DNA of 35,421 nucleotides from a virus. Taxonomy: Duplodnaviria > Heunggongvirae > Uroviricota > Caudoviricetes. Where the stretch lies: positions 1 through 35,421 of the IMG/VR virus record IMGVR_UViG_2751185971_000005; one strand, written 5' to 3'. Made by a program: the position numbers and the translations under genes. This document shows, in pieces, positions 27,984 to 35,421 of this stretch; positions within the stretch are counted from its first letter, which is position 1; each line of letters begins with the position of its first letter. The notes under the pieces are model-generated. The model worked only from the letters and a program-made list of their open reading frames with translations. It did not search any database and had not been told where the DNA came from.

Positions 27984-29717
27984 TTAAAGCGAGCGGATCC
28001 CATAGGACTCAATGTGGTCAGACAGCGTGTCTTCTTTCTCGTACAGCATGGCTCTGCCAACCGCCATAATCAGCGCAACTGCACCGTCAATTTTGTTTTC
28101 CGCCTGCTCTTTGACGGGTTTCACCACATCATCGTTACCCGGAATGGTTTTGCCGACCACATTGCCGATACACCAGGTCATGATGGGATTGCCATCATGA
28201 TGAAAGCGCCCCGATTCAATTGCCGCTTCCAGCTCTTTCATCGGGTCGGACATGTTGGTGTAGTTCTGAATGATAGTGACGGGATTCAGGTCTTCATCAG
28301 CAAGGTCATGTGACAACCCGGTCGCCCCGAAGGGGTCGATGGGTGACTCACTGACCGGGCTGATTTTGTTCGCCGCTTTGGCCTCCTCGAGGATGTAGCG
28401 ATAATCCACCTCCGCACCATCGGTAACGGTCAGAACGCCCATTTCCACCCATTTCTGAAAGCGTTCGGCTGTCCGGCGATCTTCATTTTTCTCGACGCTG
28501 TACACCGTGTCATACGGTACCCAGAAGCGCGGAGCCACACTGTAGTAATGCGTTTTACCGTCAATCTCGCGGGTATAAAGTCGCGCCATGCTGTTCATAT
28601 CCAGCTTACGCGCCAGGTCAAAGGCCAGAATGCACGGCTGCCCCTCGAACTGCTCAAGGGTCAGTGATTTATCCTCGCAGCTCTGCCAGCTCACCAGGTT
28701 GAAATACGCCGAACGCGCCGACACCCAGATATTGAGGTGTTTTGTTTTAAAGACGTTTGCCAGACGGGCGTTATTTTTCGCACGCTGCTGCTGACTTAAC
28801 AAAAATTCGCGATAAACCGACACGCCAATATTTGGATTGGCTTTTTCCAGCACCTGCGGGTCGGTCCAGTCATCGCCTTCGTCAACGGTATAGATGATCC
28901 CGAACAGTTCATCGTTGGGTACCGAACCGTTGAGCATCTCGATAACTTCCCGCCGCTTGTCGTAGCACGGCCCCTCAATGTTGTACCCGGCGGTGGTGAT
29001 GGCCCACATCAGTGGCTGACGTCGCGCGCCCATCCCGGTAAGCATCGTGGTATAAAGCGCATCGGTGGCGTGCTCGTGATATTCATCCACCACGGCACAG
29101 TGGGGTGATGAGCCATCACCGGGGTTACCGATCAGCGGTTCAAACCGCGCGCCATCCTCCGGACGGTTCATGTTTGAGGCGTTAACCTCAATCCCGAACG
29201 CTTCCGTCAGCATGGGTGTGCGTTTACACATCAGTCGCGCCGGGCGAAAGACTTCCCACGCCTGTTTCTCTGTCGTGGCACCGGAATACACTTCCGCGCC
29301 AAACTCGTTATCACAGGCAAAACAATACAGGGCAACACCGGCAGAGATTGCCGATTTGCCGTTCTTACGGGGGATTTCGGTATACACCTCCCTGAAGCGG
29401 CGCAGCCGGGAGCCTTTATTGACCCAGCCAAACGCACAGCAGATCACAAAGAGCTGCCACGGTTCCAGCGTGATGGGCATCCTCTTGAATGCCCACTCCC
29501 CCTTGGTGTGTGGCAACAGCTGAATAAATTTCGCGGCCCGTTCAGCCAGGTCCTTGTCGAAGCGGTAACGAAACGACTTACTTTTTTCCGCCATCAGGTC
29601 ATCAAGATGGCGCTGGCAGGCCTGAATCACAAACTGGCAGGCCACAATCTTTCCGCGCACGACATCACGGGCATACTGATTGGCAGCATTTACGTTGGGG
29701 TAAGATTTCCGGCTCAT
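27984..29717 (-). CDS. Terminase large subunit
   Basis: 577 aa; N-terminal ATPase and C-terminal nuclease regions; overlaps the small-subunit stop. Confidence 0.92.
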   Translation of the reverse strand: MSRKSYPNVNAANQYARDVVRGKIVACQFVIQACQRHLDDLMAEKSKSFRYRFDKDLAERAAKFIQLLPHTKGEWAFKRMPITLEPWQLFVICCAFGWVNKGSRLRRFREVYTEIPRKNGKSAISAGVALYCFACDNEFGAEVYSGATTEKQAWEVFRPARLMCKRTPMLTEAFGIEVNASNMNRPEDGARFEPLIGNPGDGSSPHCAVVDEYHEHATDALYTTMLTGMGARRQPLMWAITTAGYNIEGPCYDKRREVIEMLNGSVPNDELFGIIYTVDEGDDWTDPQVLEKANPNIGVSVYREFLLSQQQRAKNNARLANVFKTKHLNIWVSARSAYFNLVSWQSCEDKSLTLEQFEGQPCILAFDLARKLDMNSMARLYTREIDGKTHYYSVAPRFWVPYDTVYSVEKNEDRRTAERFQKWVEMGVLTVTDGAEVDYRYILEEAKAANKISPVSESPIDPFGATGLSHDLADEDLNPVTIIQNYTNMSDPMKELEAAIESGRFHHDGNPIMTWCIGNVVGKTIPGNDDVVKPVKEQAENKIDGAVALIMAVGRAMLYEKEDTLSDHIESYGIRSL

Positions 29718-30208
29718 GATTCGATGATTTTCAGAAACGGGTTAGTGGCTTTCTTCTGCCCCGCCAGGCCAATCAGACGCTGGCGGCTGCTGGGGTCGAG
29801 TCCGAGCATTGCCCCCGTGCTGCTCATCTCGGACTCCTGTTCTTTCTTGGCGGTCAGCTCCGGATTTTTGACCATGCCACCCATTGCACCGGTGATGGTG
29901 TTGCCCTGTCTGGCAATATTTTTCACGGCACGCCGCCAGAACTCGTAGGCCACGCACCACCGCTCAAGCACCGCGAGGTCAGTCACGCACAGCAGGCCCT
30001 GACCGCAGAGTTCTTTGGTTGTCAGTTGCCACATGATCGTGGCGAGAGGGAGATCTTCTTCAGCGAACCACTCCGGTGGCTCAACACCTTTGATGGGCGT
30101 AAAAACAGGTTCATCTTTATTCAGGGCTCGCTTGCCGGGGTTTCCGGCCAGCGCCTTGCGCGCCGTTGGCTTGGGGCGACGCCCGGAACGCCCCGCCGTT
30201 CCAGCCAT
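29714..30208 (-). CDS. Terminase small subunit (P27 family)
   Basis: Begins [30 protein letters not shown], the characteristic P27-family N-terminus; start placed at the ATG at 30208. Confidence 0.85.
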   Translation of the reverse strand: MAGTAGRSGRRPKPTARKALAGNPGKRALNKDEPVFTPIKGVEPPEWFAEEDLPLATIMWQLTTKELCGQGLLCVTDLAVLERWCVAYEFWRRAVKNIARQGNTITGAMGGMVKNPELTAKKEQESEMSSTGAMLGLDPSSRQRLIGLAGQKKATNPFLKIIES

Positions 30209-30217
30209 ATGCAGCAC

Positions 30218-30332
30218 TCCTGGTTAAATTTCATTTTTCGCGGGTATAAAAAAACGATGGGGCGGGCAGTCCGGAAGACGTCAGGTCACAGGGATTTGAC
30301 CTGCCCTCCCCTCTGGCAGTTGAGAATCATTA
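30218..30332. other. Candidate cos / packaging-site region between HNH and small terminase genes
   Basis: HK97-like layout places cos between the HNH and terS genes; contains GGGGCGGGCAG (30259-30269), resembling the lambda cohesive-end sequence GGGCGGCGACCT, and CTGCCCTCCCC (30301-30311). Confidence 0.35.
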
Positions 30333-30683
30333 TCACTTAAGCCGTTCACGGGCCGTCTTCGCCTTGTGGCATGGCCAGCACAGGCTCTGCAGATTACCGT
30401 CTGCATCCGTACCGCCATGCGCTTTCGGAATGATGTGGTCCACAGTTCTGGCTTCAACGGCTCTCCCATTGCGCAGGCAGTTCTGACACAAATGATTATC
30501 ACGCTTCAGTATGCGCGCACGTATGGCATCCCATTTCGAGCCATAGCCACGCTGGTGGCGGCTCAGTCCGCGTTGATGTTGTGTCCAACCTTCGCCGCGA
30601 TGCTTATCGCAGTAGCCAGAACTGTCCGTCGTTGTGCCTGCACAGCCTCGCTTACGGCATGCACGAGGGATTTGTGATGGCAT
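30333..30683 (-). CDS. HNH endonuclease (terminase-associated)
   Basis: CxxC...HIIPKAHGGTD...N...CWPCH HNH/zinc motif; start at the ATG at 30683 with GAGGAG Shine-Dalgarno; directly upstream of the terminase genes. Confidence 0.88.
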   Translation of the reverse strand: MPSQIPRACRKRGCAGTTTDSSGYCDKHRGEGWTQHQRGLSRHQRGYGSKWDAIRARILKRDNHLCQNCLRNGRAVEARTVDHIIPKAHGGTDADGNLQSLCWPCHKAKTARERLK

Positions 30684-30725
30684 AGAATTTCGCTCCTCTA
30701 AAAAATATTCTGCTCTCACCGTCGG

Positions 30726-30908
30726 TCAGTTCTGCATACACTGCCGGACACTATCAACAATTTCACAGACCTGAGAAGCTGTATCGAAAAGCTGGCGCGC
30801 CTTATCCAGGCTGACGCAGCCCACCAGGAAAAAAGGCACCAGTATCGCTACCAGTGCCCATTTCACCGCCGTTCGCGGCATTCTGTGTGTCCAGTGTTTT
30901 CGCGTCAT
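30726..30908 (-). CDS. Small lipoprotein (60 aa; lipobox LVGC)
   Basis: Signal peptide AVKWALVAILVPFFLVGC then a 38-aa mature part with two Cys; its ATG overlaps the stop of the upstream small ORF (TGATATGA region). Confidence 0.6.
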   Translation of the reverse strand: MTRKHWTHRMPRTAVKWALVAILVPFFLVGCVSLDKARQLFDTASQVCEIVDSVRQCMQN

Positions 30909-30909
30909 A

Positions 30910-31023
30910 TCACCACCAACGCACAGCCCAAATCAGAACAGCGACCGCCACAAGGCGAATTGCAAAGGCCGCAGCCCTTGTCAAATCAAGGCTCGCGGGA
31001 GTTTCCACTTCAATACCTTTCAT
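30910..31023 (-). CDS. Small membrane peptide (37 aa), translationally coupled to the lipoprotein gene
   Basis: ATG at 31023; encodes MKGIEVETPASLDLTRAAAFAIRLVAVAVLIWAVRWW with one hydrophobic segment; below the ORF-track size cutoff. Confidence 0.45.
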   Translation of the reverse strand: MKGIEVETPASLDLTRAAAFAIRLVAVAVLIWAVRWW

Positions 31024-31119
31024 AATGGACAACCTCAAAAAGAATCTTTTATACTTTCCCACGAGGATTTTCTCCGTACTCACTACTCACAATTTCCTCT
31101 TTGACGTGAAAACTAAAAA

Positions 31120-31156
31120 CCCCGGACTGTTCCAGCAGCCGGGGTTTTGTTTTTTT
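31120..31156. terminator. Rho-independent terminator (CCCCGG-N13-CCGGGG flanked by A-run and T-run), bidirectional
   Basis: GC stem with flanking AAAAA and TTTTGTTTTTTT; lies just downstream of the 93-aa gene on the minus strand. Confidence 0.7.
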
Positions 31157-31436
31157 ATTTACTGCCCTGGGTGCGGCATCTGGCTATTTCATTCCTGGCT
31201 TTAGTGTCACCGCGACAGATACAACGAACCGTGTCACCCGCCAGCGTAGTGATGTAGGCCTCATCCGTTTTTTCCACCGAAATGCATGGTACATTTCCAT
31301 CCAGGCAATACTCCACCAGGGCAGCAAGGTGAGTGTTGCGCGGGTAAAATTCCAGGCGATACATATTCCCCAGAACATGCACTTCTTCAACCTGGCGCCC
31401 ATCTTCCGTTACCGTGATTTTTTTCAGCGCGTACAT
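31155..31436 (-). CDS. Hypothetical Cys-containing protein (93 aa) downstream of the endolysin
   Basis: ATG at 31436 with GGAGG Shine-Dalgarno 5 nt upstream; five Cys including a CxC pair; no transmembrane segment, so not a canonical spanin. Confidence 0.55.
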   Translation of the reverse strand: MYALKKITVTEDGRQVEEVHVLGNMYRLEFYPRNTHLAALVEYCLDGNVPCISVEKTDEAYITTLAGDTVRCICRGDTKARNEIARCRTQGSK

Positions 31437-31506
31437 ACGTACCTCCGTTCTTTCGTTTTTTGAGCAATAAAAAAGCCGCTCATGGCGGCCCTGTATGTTT
31501 TGCAAG

Positions 31507-31890
31507 CTATCGCTTCAATTGAAAATGTGGGCCGTCTTTAAGCGTCCGCCAGTCCCCGCCCCATTCGATGGCTGTTCCCAGCTCTGCGGCAGCCTGCTTA
31601 AATGCCTGCGCGATTTTCTCGTACAGAGGCCAGTCCCATGACACCTGGCTGCCAACCCAGGCAACAACATCCACCGCATCACCGGTCAGGTGGCGGCTGT
31701 TCATGGTCTGGCTTTTCCCTTCCGCGACCAGCTGTTTCTGGCGTTCTTTCGTGCGCAGCCCTTCCGTAATACCGAAATCAACCTCCGTCAGCTCCAGCGC
31801 ACGGCGAACGACAGCAACCAGCTGTGGTTTAACGCCCTCCAGATTCTTTTCGCTGCGACGACTGAATCTGAATTTACCCGACATATTCAC
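31507..31890 (-). CDS. Endolysin, peptidase M15 family (zinc metallopeptidase type)
   Basis: 127 aa with SRHLTGDAVD ... DGPHFQL zinc-ligand pattern typical of M15 endolysins; sits within the holin cluster. Confidence 0.85.
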   Translation of the reverse strand: MNMSGKFRFSRRSEKNLEGVKPQLVAVVRRALELTEVDFGITEGLRTKERQKQLVAEGKSQTMNSRHLTGDAVDVVAWVGSQVSWDWPLYEKIAQAFKQAAAELGTAIEWGGDWRTLKDGPHFQLKR

Positions 31891-32162
31891 CTCAATAATG
31901 GAAAGATTTTTGTGACGTTCCCGCGCGCGCGTATCACCAGCACGCAGAACAGCAGATTAAAAAACACTTCCAGCCAGCCCGTTGCTAACGGGCGACCACA
32001 CAGATAGCTGAGGGGCGCAAAGGCATACAGCAGCATCAGCAACCAGGCCAGCCATGACATCAGCGGTTTATGTCTGGAATCACGACGACGATAAAAAAAG
32101 AGCGTCAGCACGATAACCGTGCATAACGCCACATTCAGCAATCCGGGAAGGTTACTTAACAT
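31887..32162 (-). CDS. Membrane protein of the lysis cassette (91 aa; holin/antiholin-like)
   Basis: ATG at 32162 preceded by GGAGGAGG; several hydrophobic segments; overlaps the holin stop by 11 nt and the endolysin start by 4 nt. Confidence 0.6.
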   Translation of the reverse strand: MLSNLPGLLNVALCTVIVLTLFFYRRRDSRHKPLMSWLAWLLMLLYAFAPLSYLCGRPLATGWLEVFFNLLFCVLVIRARGNVTKIFPLLR

Positions 32163-32544
32163 TGCCGCCTCCTCCACCCCGCAGGCGGGAGAACAGGCCG
32201 GACACCAGCGATGCAATATCCTGCTGGTGGATGAACGAGAGAATCTTCACCGACACCACCGCCACCAGCACCGCACACAGTGCATCCGCCGATGTACCGT
32301 CATAACCTGTTTTTGATGCAATCCAGGCTGACAGCACATGCGCACCCAGCACGCCAACGATAAACGACACCAGAAAATGCGCCGCCACACGCCAGGCTGA
32401 AAGCGCCTGCGGCATCGTTGCCACAAATAACGCCCCAGCGAACGCCCCAAACACAATCCCGAAATCCGTTCCGGTAAACAGCCCGAATACCGTCGCCCCG
32501 CCGAGCGCCGCAGCCGTACCGGAACCGGACAAGGGTTCAGACAT
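32152..32544 (-). CDS. Putative holin (130 aa, Gly/Ala-rich transmembrane segments)
   Basis: ATG at 32544 with AGGAG Shine-Dalgarno; MSEPLSGSGTAAALGGATVFG... followed by several transmembrane segments; located upstream of the endolysin. Confidence 0.7.
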   Translation of the reverse strand: MSEPLSGSGTAAALGGATVFGLFTGTDFGIVFGAFAGALFVATMPQALSAWRVAAHFLVSFIVGVLGAHVLSAWIASKTGYDGTSADALCAVLVAVVSVKILSFIHQQDIASLVSGLFSRLRGGGGGNVK

Positions 32545-32631
32545 ACTTTTTCTCCTGTAAATAAAAAAGGGCCACCAACGACCCGTAAAAAACACCCGTC
32601 AAAGGCACCCGCAGATACCTTTTGTGTGGTG

Positions 32632-32784
32632 TTATTCAGATTTACGCAGTAAAGGCCAGAGTACGGCCAGCGCCATCGCCACCAGCACACCATCTGCCAG
32701 CACCGACATCAGCCGTCCGGTGAAATCCACCGCCACTACCAGAAACAGCAGGATGGCAGCCAGCACAAGGCGCGCACTTTTCAC
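32632..32784 (-). CDS. Small membrane protein (50 aa), GTG start overlapping the TerB-like stop
   Basis: GTG at 32784-32782 overlaps the TGA at 32783-32781 (GTGA); encodes VKSARLVLAAILLFLVVAVDFTGRLMSVLADGVLVAMALAVLWPLLRKSE; below the track's size cutoff. Confidence 0.45.
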   Translation of the reverse strand: MKSARLVLAAILLFLVVAVDFTGRLMSVLADGVLVAMALAVLWPLLRKSE

Positions 32785-33206
32785 AGGTACTGCTCCAGCG
32801 GCAACTGCAGCGCCTGAGCAATTTTCTTGAGCTGCGCTTCTTCATCCGGACCAATGCCATCCTGGTCAGCAATATCGAGACACAGGCACAGCACATCAAC
32901 CGCTTCGGCGGTTCCTGCCACATCAGCCAGTTCACGCAAAGCCTGAGCATTCGCACTACGAGGTGACGCTTCATAACGGGCGCGGATATTTGCACTCATT
33001 TGTGCAATCTCACCGGAGAACGGCGCAAAGGCAGGAAGTGCTGCAATGGTTTTTTCCAGTACAGCGATTTCTTTCGCATCACAGGTGCCGTCGGCGAATG
33101 CTATGGAATACGCGCCCCAGACGGTCGCCTCCACTGCGTCGCGGTTCTCCATCTTCTTCACTTCAGTAATGGCCTTGCGGGTTTTCTTTTTGAAAATACC
33201 AAACAT
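32781..33206 (-). CDS. TerB-like (tellurite-resistance TerB / DjlA N-terminal domain family) protein
   Basis: 141 aa with paired AFADG...E / DQDG...EE helical motif pattern typical of TerB-fold proteins. Confidence 0.65.
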   Translation of the reverse strand: MFGIFKKKTRKAITEVKKMENRDAVEATVWGAYSIAFADGTCDAKEIAVLEKTIAALPAFAPFSGEIAQMSANIRARYEASPRSANAQALRELADVAGTAEAVDVLCLCLDIADQDGIGPDEEAQLKKIAQALQLPLEQYL

Positions 33207-33344
33207 CGTGACTTTTCCTTTTAGTGGGTGAGCCTGCGCCCGGGGGTGACCAGCCCACAGAGAAAGTCACACTGACCATCCCGTAAGCTCACCCCTGAAA
33301 GGCTCTGTGGTTTTTTTGATGTGCGCCGGACGTGGCGCGGATAT

Positions 33345-33372
33345 AAAAAAGGCCCGCCGCAGCGAGCCTGTT
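33345..33372 (-). terminator. Rho-independent terminator downstream of the AraC-family gene
   Basis: Minus-strand hairpin GGCTCGC-TGCG-GCGGGCC followed by TTTTTT. Confidence 0.6.
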
Positions 33373-33393
33373 TTCAATGAGTGCAAAATTCAA

Positions 33394-34137
33394 TTATTCT
33401 TGAGTAACACTTAAACTCATCTCATTGAATGCAGCCATCCTGTAACCTGCCGGTGTAACACCAAAATAACTCCTGAATACGCTGATAAAATAAGATGTAA
33501 AATTATAGCCACACTGAGCAGCGATTCTGTTGATGGCGCAACGAGATTGATTCAACAGCATTGCTGCCATTCTCATTCTCTCTGTAAGCAACAACTCACT
33601 GAAACAGGTGCCTTCTTCTTTCAGTCTTTTTTTTAACAAACTTTCACTGATACATAACCGCGAAGACACATCTCTCAGAGTCCAGTTTGCTGCAATGTCC
33701 GTACGAAACAATGCACTAAGCCTGTCACTAATATTGCCAATACACGCGGTCAGAAACGACGAAAACATTTTCTCTGATGAGAAAAACGCCAGACACGAAA
33801 AGGAAAGCATTTCCGCTAAATTGTCCGTATGAATCTTTTCCTCACAAAGATAATCAATCAGGATGCCCATCAATTCTGCCTTGGGAAAACTCACGCAAAG
33901 ATATCGTGGTATTTGCCGGACTAAAACTACATCCTGTTTTTCGTCTCCACACAACAGGTAACGGATAATTGTCGATTCACTGAGACTTATTCGCCGAAAA
34001 CATTCCGAAAAGGGCAATAACGATCCAGCTCCCCCCCTGACAAGAAGTGCACTACCACTTTCCAGAGAGAGCTCTTTTCCTTCAAAGAGCACAACAAACG
34101 GGGAATGAACAAAAACAACAGAACAAGCTTCATTCAT
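33394..34137 (-). CDS. AraC-family transcriptional regulator, AppY/GadX-like (prophage moron)
   Basis: C-terminal AraC-type HTH (SESLLKKRLKEEGTCFSELLLTERMRMAAMLL...CGYNFTSYFISVFRSYFGVTPAGY) resembling AppY of DLP12; AT-rich; start placed at the ATG at 34137 (track ORF starts at a TTG at 34197). Confidence 0.85.
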   Translation of the reverse strand: MNEACSVVFVHSPFVVLFEGKELSLESGSALLVRGGAGSLLPFSECFRRISLSESTIIRYLLCGDEKQDVVLVRQIPRYLCVSFPKAELMGILIDYLCEEKIHTDNLAEMLSFSCLAFFSSEKMFSSFLTACIGNISDRLSALFRTDIAANWTLRDVSSRLCISESLLKKRLKEEGTCFSELLLTERMRMAAMLLNQSRCAINRIAAQCGYNFTSYFISVFRSYFGVTPAGYRMAAFNEMSLSVTQE

Positions 34138-34261
34138 ATCAATTGCCCTGACATTACTGGTCACAAGATAAGTATATATCGATTTACAAAAATACAAGCC
34201 GAAAGACCAGTATTCGCAACCACCAGCGCGTTTAACGTCCTGTACCGTTTTTCAGGCATAA

Positions 34262-34288
34262 AAAAACCCGCTCAGTGGCGGGTTCTTA
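34262..34288 (-). terminator. Candidate tR' terminator of the late operon
   Basis: Minus-strand hairpin AACCCGCCACTGAGCGGGTT followed by TTTTTTT, about 105-130 bp downstream of the Q stop codon, as for lambdoid tR'. Confidence 0.6.
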
Positions 34289-34324
34289 AATCTTATCAAC
34301 GGTAGACATACAAAGCCCATCGTT

Positions 34325-34360
34325 GGAAAAATCTTATCCATATTTTTTGGAAAAAGCAAG
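34325..34360 (-). promoter_or_regulatory. Candidate late promoter P_R' (-35 TTGCTT, -10 TAAGAT-like)
   Basis: Minus-strand sigma-70-like hexamers with about 17-bp spacing between Q and the tR' hairpin; sequence inspection only. Confidence 0.35.
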
Positions 34361-34390
34361 CATTATGTCGCCATCTTCGGCGAAAATCAT

Positions 34391-35143
34391 TTATCTCGTC
34401 ACTTTTCTTAATTGCGCCTCAGCATATGCTTCTTCCTGCCAGCACTTTGTAACCAGTTTATCAATGACATCTGCATATCCTTTGTACCACTGATAATCTG
34501 TCAGGTCTGGTACCAGCTTCTGGACATGATGCCGCGCCAGTGTGGTTGGTAAACGGCTAAACCGGTTTCCATTGCAACGCCCACAAATCTTATAAACAGG
34601 CGTGCCATGAAGCCGGGTCCTTTTTTCATCCAGGACAATACCTTTACCCTTACACCCTCTGCACGCTGTGCTGACTTCTCCCTTACCATGACAATGCTGA
34701 CATAGTTCCTTCACCCACTCTTCCTTGATAACAGATTCCCCGCTTCTGGAGTGTTTCACCACTTCGCGCAATACATTATGAAATCCAGTACCAGCACAAT
34801 GCTCACAGCGAGCCTTACTTGCCGCAGACCTGGAATAATCAGCAAAGGCAAAATTCACAAGGTAAGGGATGATCTGTAACCGGGTTTCTTCACTCAATTT
34901 GTTCAATGTCGGGTTATCCAGTGCCATCGCGTAATTGAGCAGACCTTCAATCGCAAATTGAGGATCCTGAACACCAACTTTTGCCAGGAATAAGGCAAAC
35001 CCAAGCGGTGCTTTCGACTGCACCATCCCCTGCGCAGCCATTACATCCGTAATTGTTAAACCACCAGAGCCTGTCGTCGGTGCGTCATCGCTCAATTTTG
35101 GAGATTTTGGGGAGTAATATTTCGGTAAGGCTTCAAGGTTCAT
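34391..35143 (-). CDS. Late-gene antitermination protein Q (Qin/82-type, zinc-finger Q family)
   Basis: 250 aa with MNLEALPKYYSPKSPKLSDDAPTTGSGGLTITDVMAAQGM... and CEHC...CQHCHGKG...CRGCKGKG...CGRCNG zinc motifs, very close to E. coli Qin-type Q proteins; GGAGAA Shine-Dalgarno. Confidence 0.9.
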   Translation of the reverse strand: MNLEALPKYYSPKSPKLSDDAPTTGSGGLTITDVMAAQGMVQSKAPLGFALFLAKVGVQDPQFAIEGLLNYAMALDNPTLNKLSEETRLQIIPYLVNFAFADYSRSAASKARCEHCAGTGFHNVLREVVKHSRSGESVIKEEWVKELCQHCHGKGEVSTACRGCKGKGIVLDEKRTRLHGTPVYKICGRCNGNRFSRLPTTLARHHVQKLVPDLTDYQWYKGYADVIDKLVTKCWQEEAYAEAQLRKVTR

Positions 35144-35156
35144 GCTCGTTCTCCAC

Positions 35157-35421
35157 TTACGCCAGTACGCCTATTGCCAGCGCACGATCGATAAAACGAA
35201 ATATCAGCTCCAGCTGGGAACCATACTTCTCTTCAAATGCCACGGTATCCGCATGCAGCTCGTCGTGATGCTTTCTGCACAAAGGCAACACAAAGAGGTC
35301 ATGCGCTTTTGTTCCCATTCCACCCTGACCGTGACCTATCAGGTGGTGGGGATCATCAGCGGGCTTTCCACAACATGCACACGGCTGTGTCTTAACCCAG
35401 CGCGTGTACTTTTCATTAACC
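35157..35421 (-). CDS. C-terminal part of a DUF968 / HNH-like protein (YdfU-like), partial at window edge
   Basis: Minus-strand frame ...VNEKYTRWVKTQPCACCGKPADDPHHLIGHGQGGMGTKAHDLFVLPLCRKHHDELH... ending at the TAA at 35157-35159; directly upstream of Q, as ydfU is in Qin. Confidence 0.6.
   Translation of the reverse strand, partial: VNEKYTRWVKTQPCACCGKPADDPHHLIGHGQGGMGTKAHDLFVLPLCRKHHDELHADTVAFEEKYGSQLELIFRFIDRALAIGVLA

Noticed and set aside
30726-31023. Calling the small membrane peptide and lipoprotein a canonical Rz/Rz1 spanin pair
   Set aside because: Both are far shorter than classical spanins, the lipoprotein lacks the Pro-rich periplasmic region, and the genes sit after a terminator outside the holin-endolysin block; kept as an open alternative only.
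32642-32995. 117-aa minus-strand ORF overlapping the TerB-like gene in another frame
   Set aside because: Overlaps a gene with clear family features; the smaller GTG-initiated 50-aa ORF coupled to the TerB stop is the more parsimonious reading.

Overview
This 35.4-kb window (enterobacterial in character) is a junction between two mobile elements plus a short interposed segment, read entirely from the sequence and the ORF track with no database searches. (1) Positions 1-3304: the integrase-proximal end of a P4/CP4-57-like integrative element (P4-type tyrosine integrase, an unknown 293-aa cargo gene, AlpA-like regulator), ending at a 46-bp 3' fragment of tRNA-Thr(CGU) that is an att repeat, not a whole tRNA. 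(2) Positions 3305-9100: an AT-rich orphan 476-aa gene, then a DUF2254-like membrane protein and a BetT-like BCCT transporter; whether this is chromosome or prophage cargo cannot be decided here. (3) Positions about 9450-35421: a mosaic SfV/e14-like prophage, almost all on the minus strand, running off the right edge. It has a lambdoid Q antiterminator with a candidate late promoter and tR', a moron region (AppY-like AraC regulator, TerB-like protein), a lysis cassette, HNH, candidate cos, P27-type small and large terminase, HK97-type portal, protease and capsid, a Mu-like contractile tail and baseplate, and a Gin/Hin-type invertible tail-fibre segment with its invertase. A GIY-YIG nuclease gene bracketed by hairpin-forming direct repeats sits at the prophage terminus. 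The best candidates for an undescribed system are the orphan 476-aa gene beside the att repeat, the repeat-flanked GIY-YIG cassette, and the TerB-like protein coupled to a small membrane protein between tR' and the holin.
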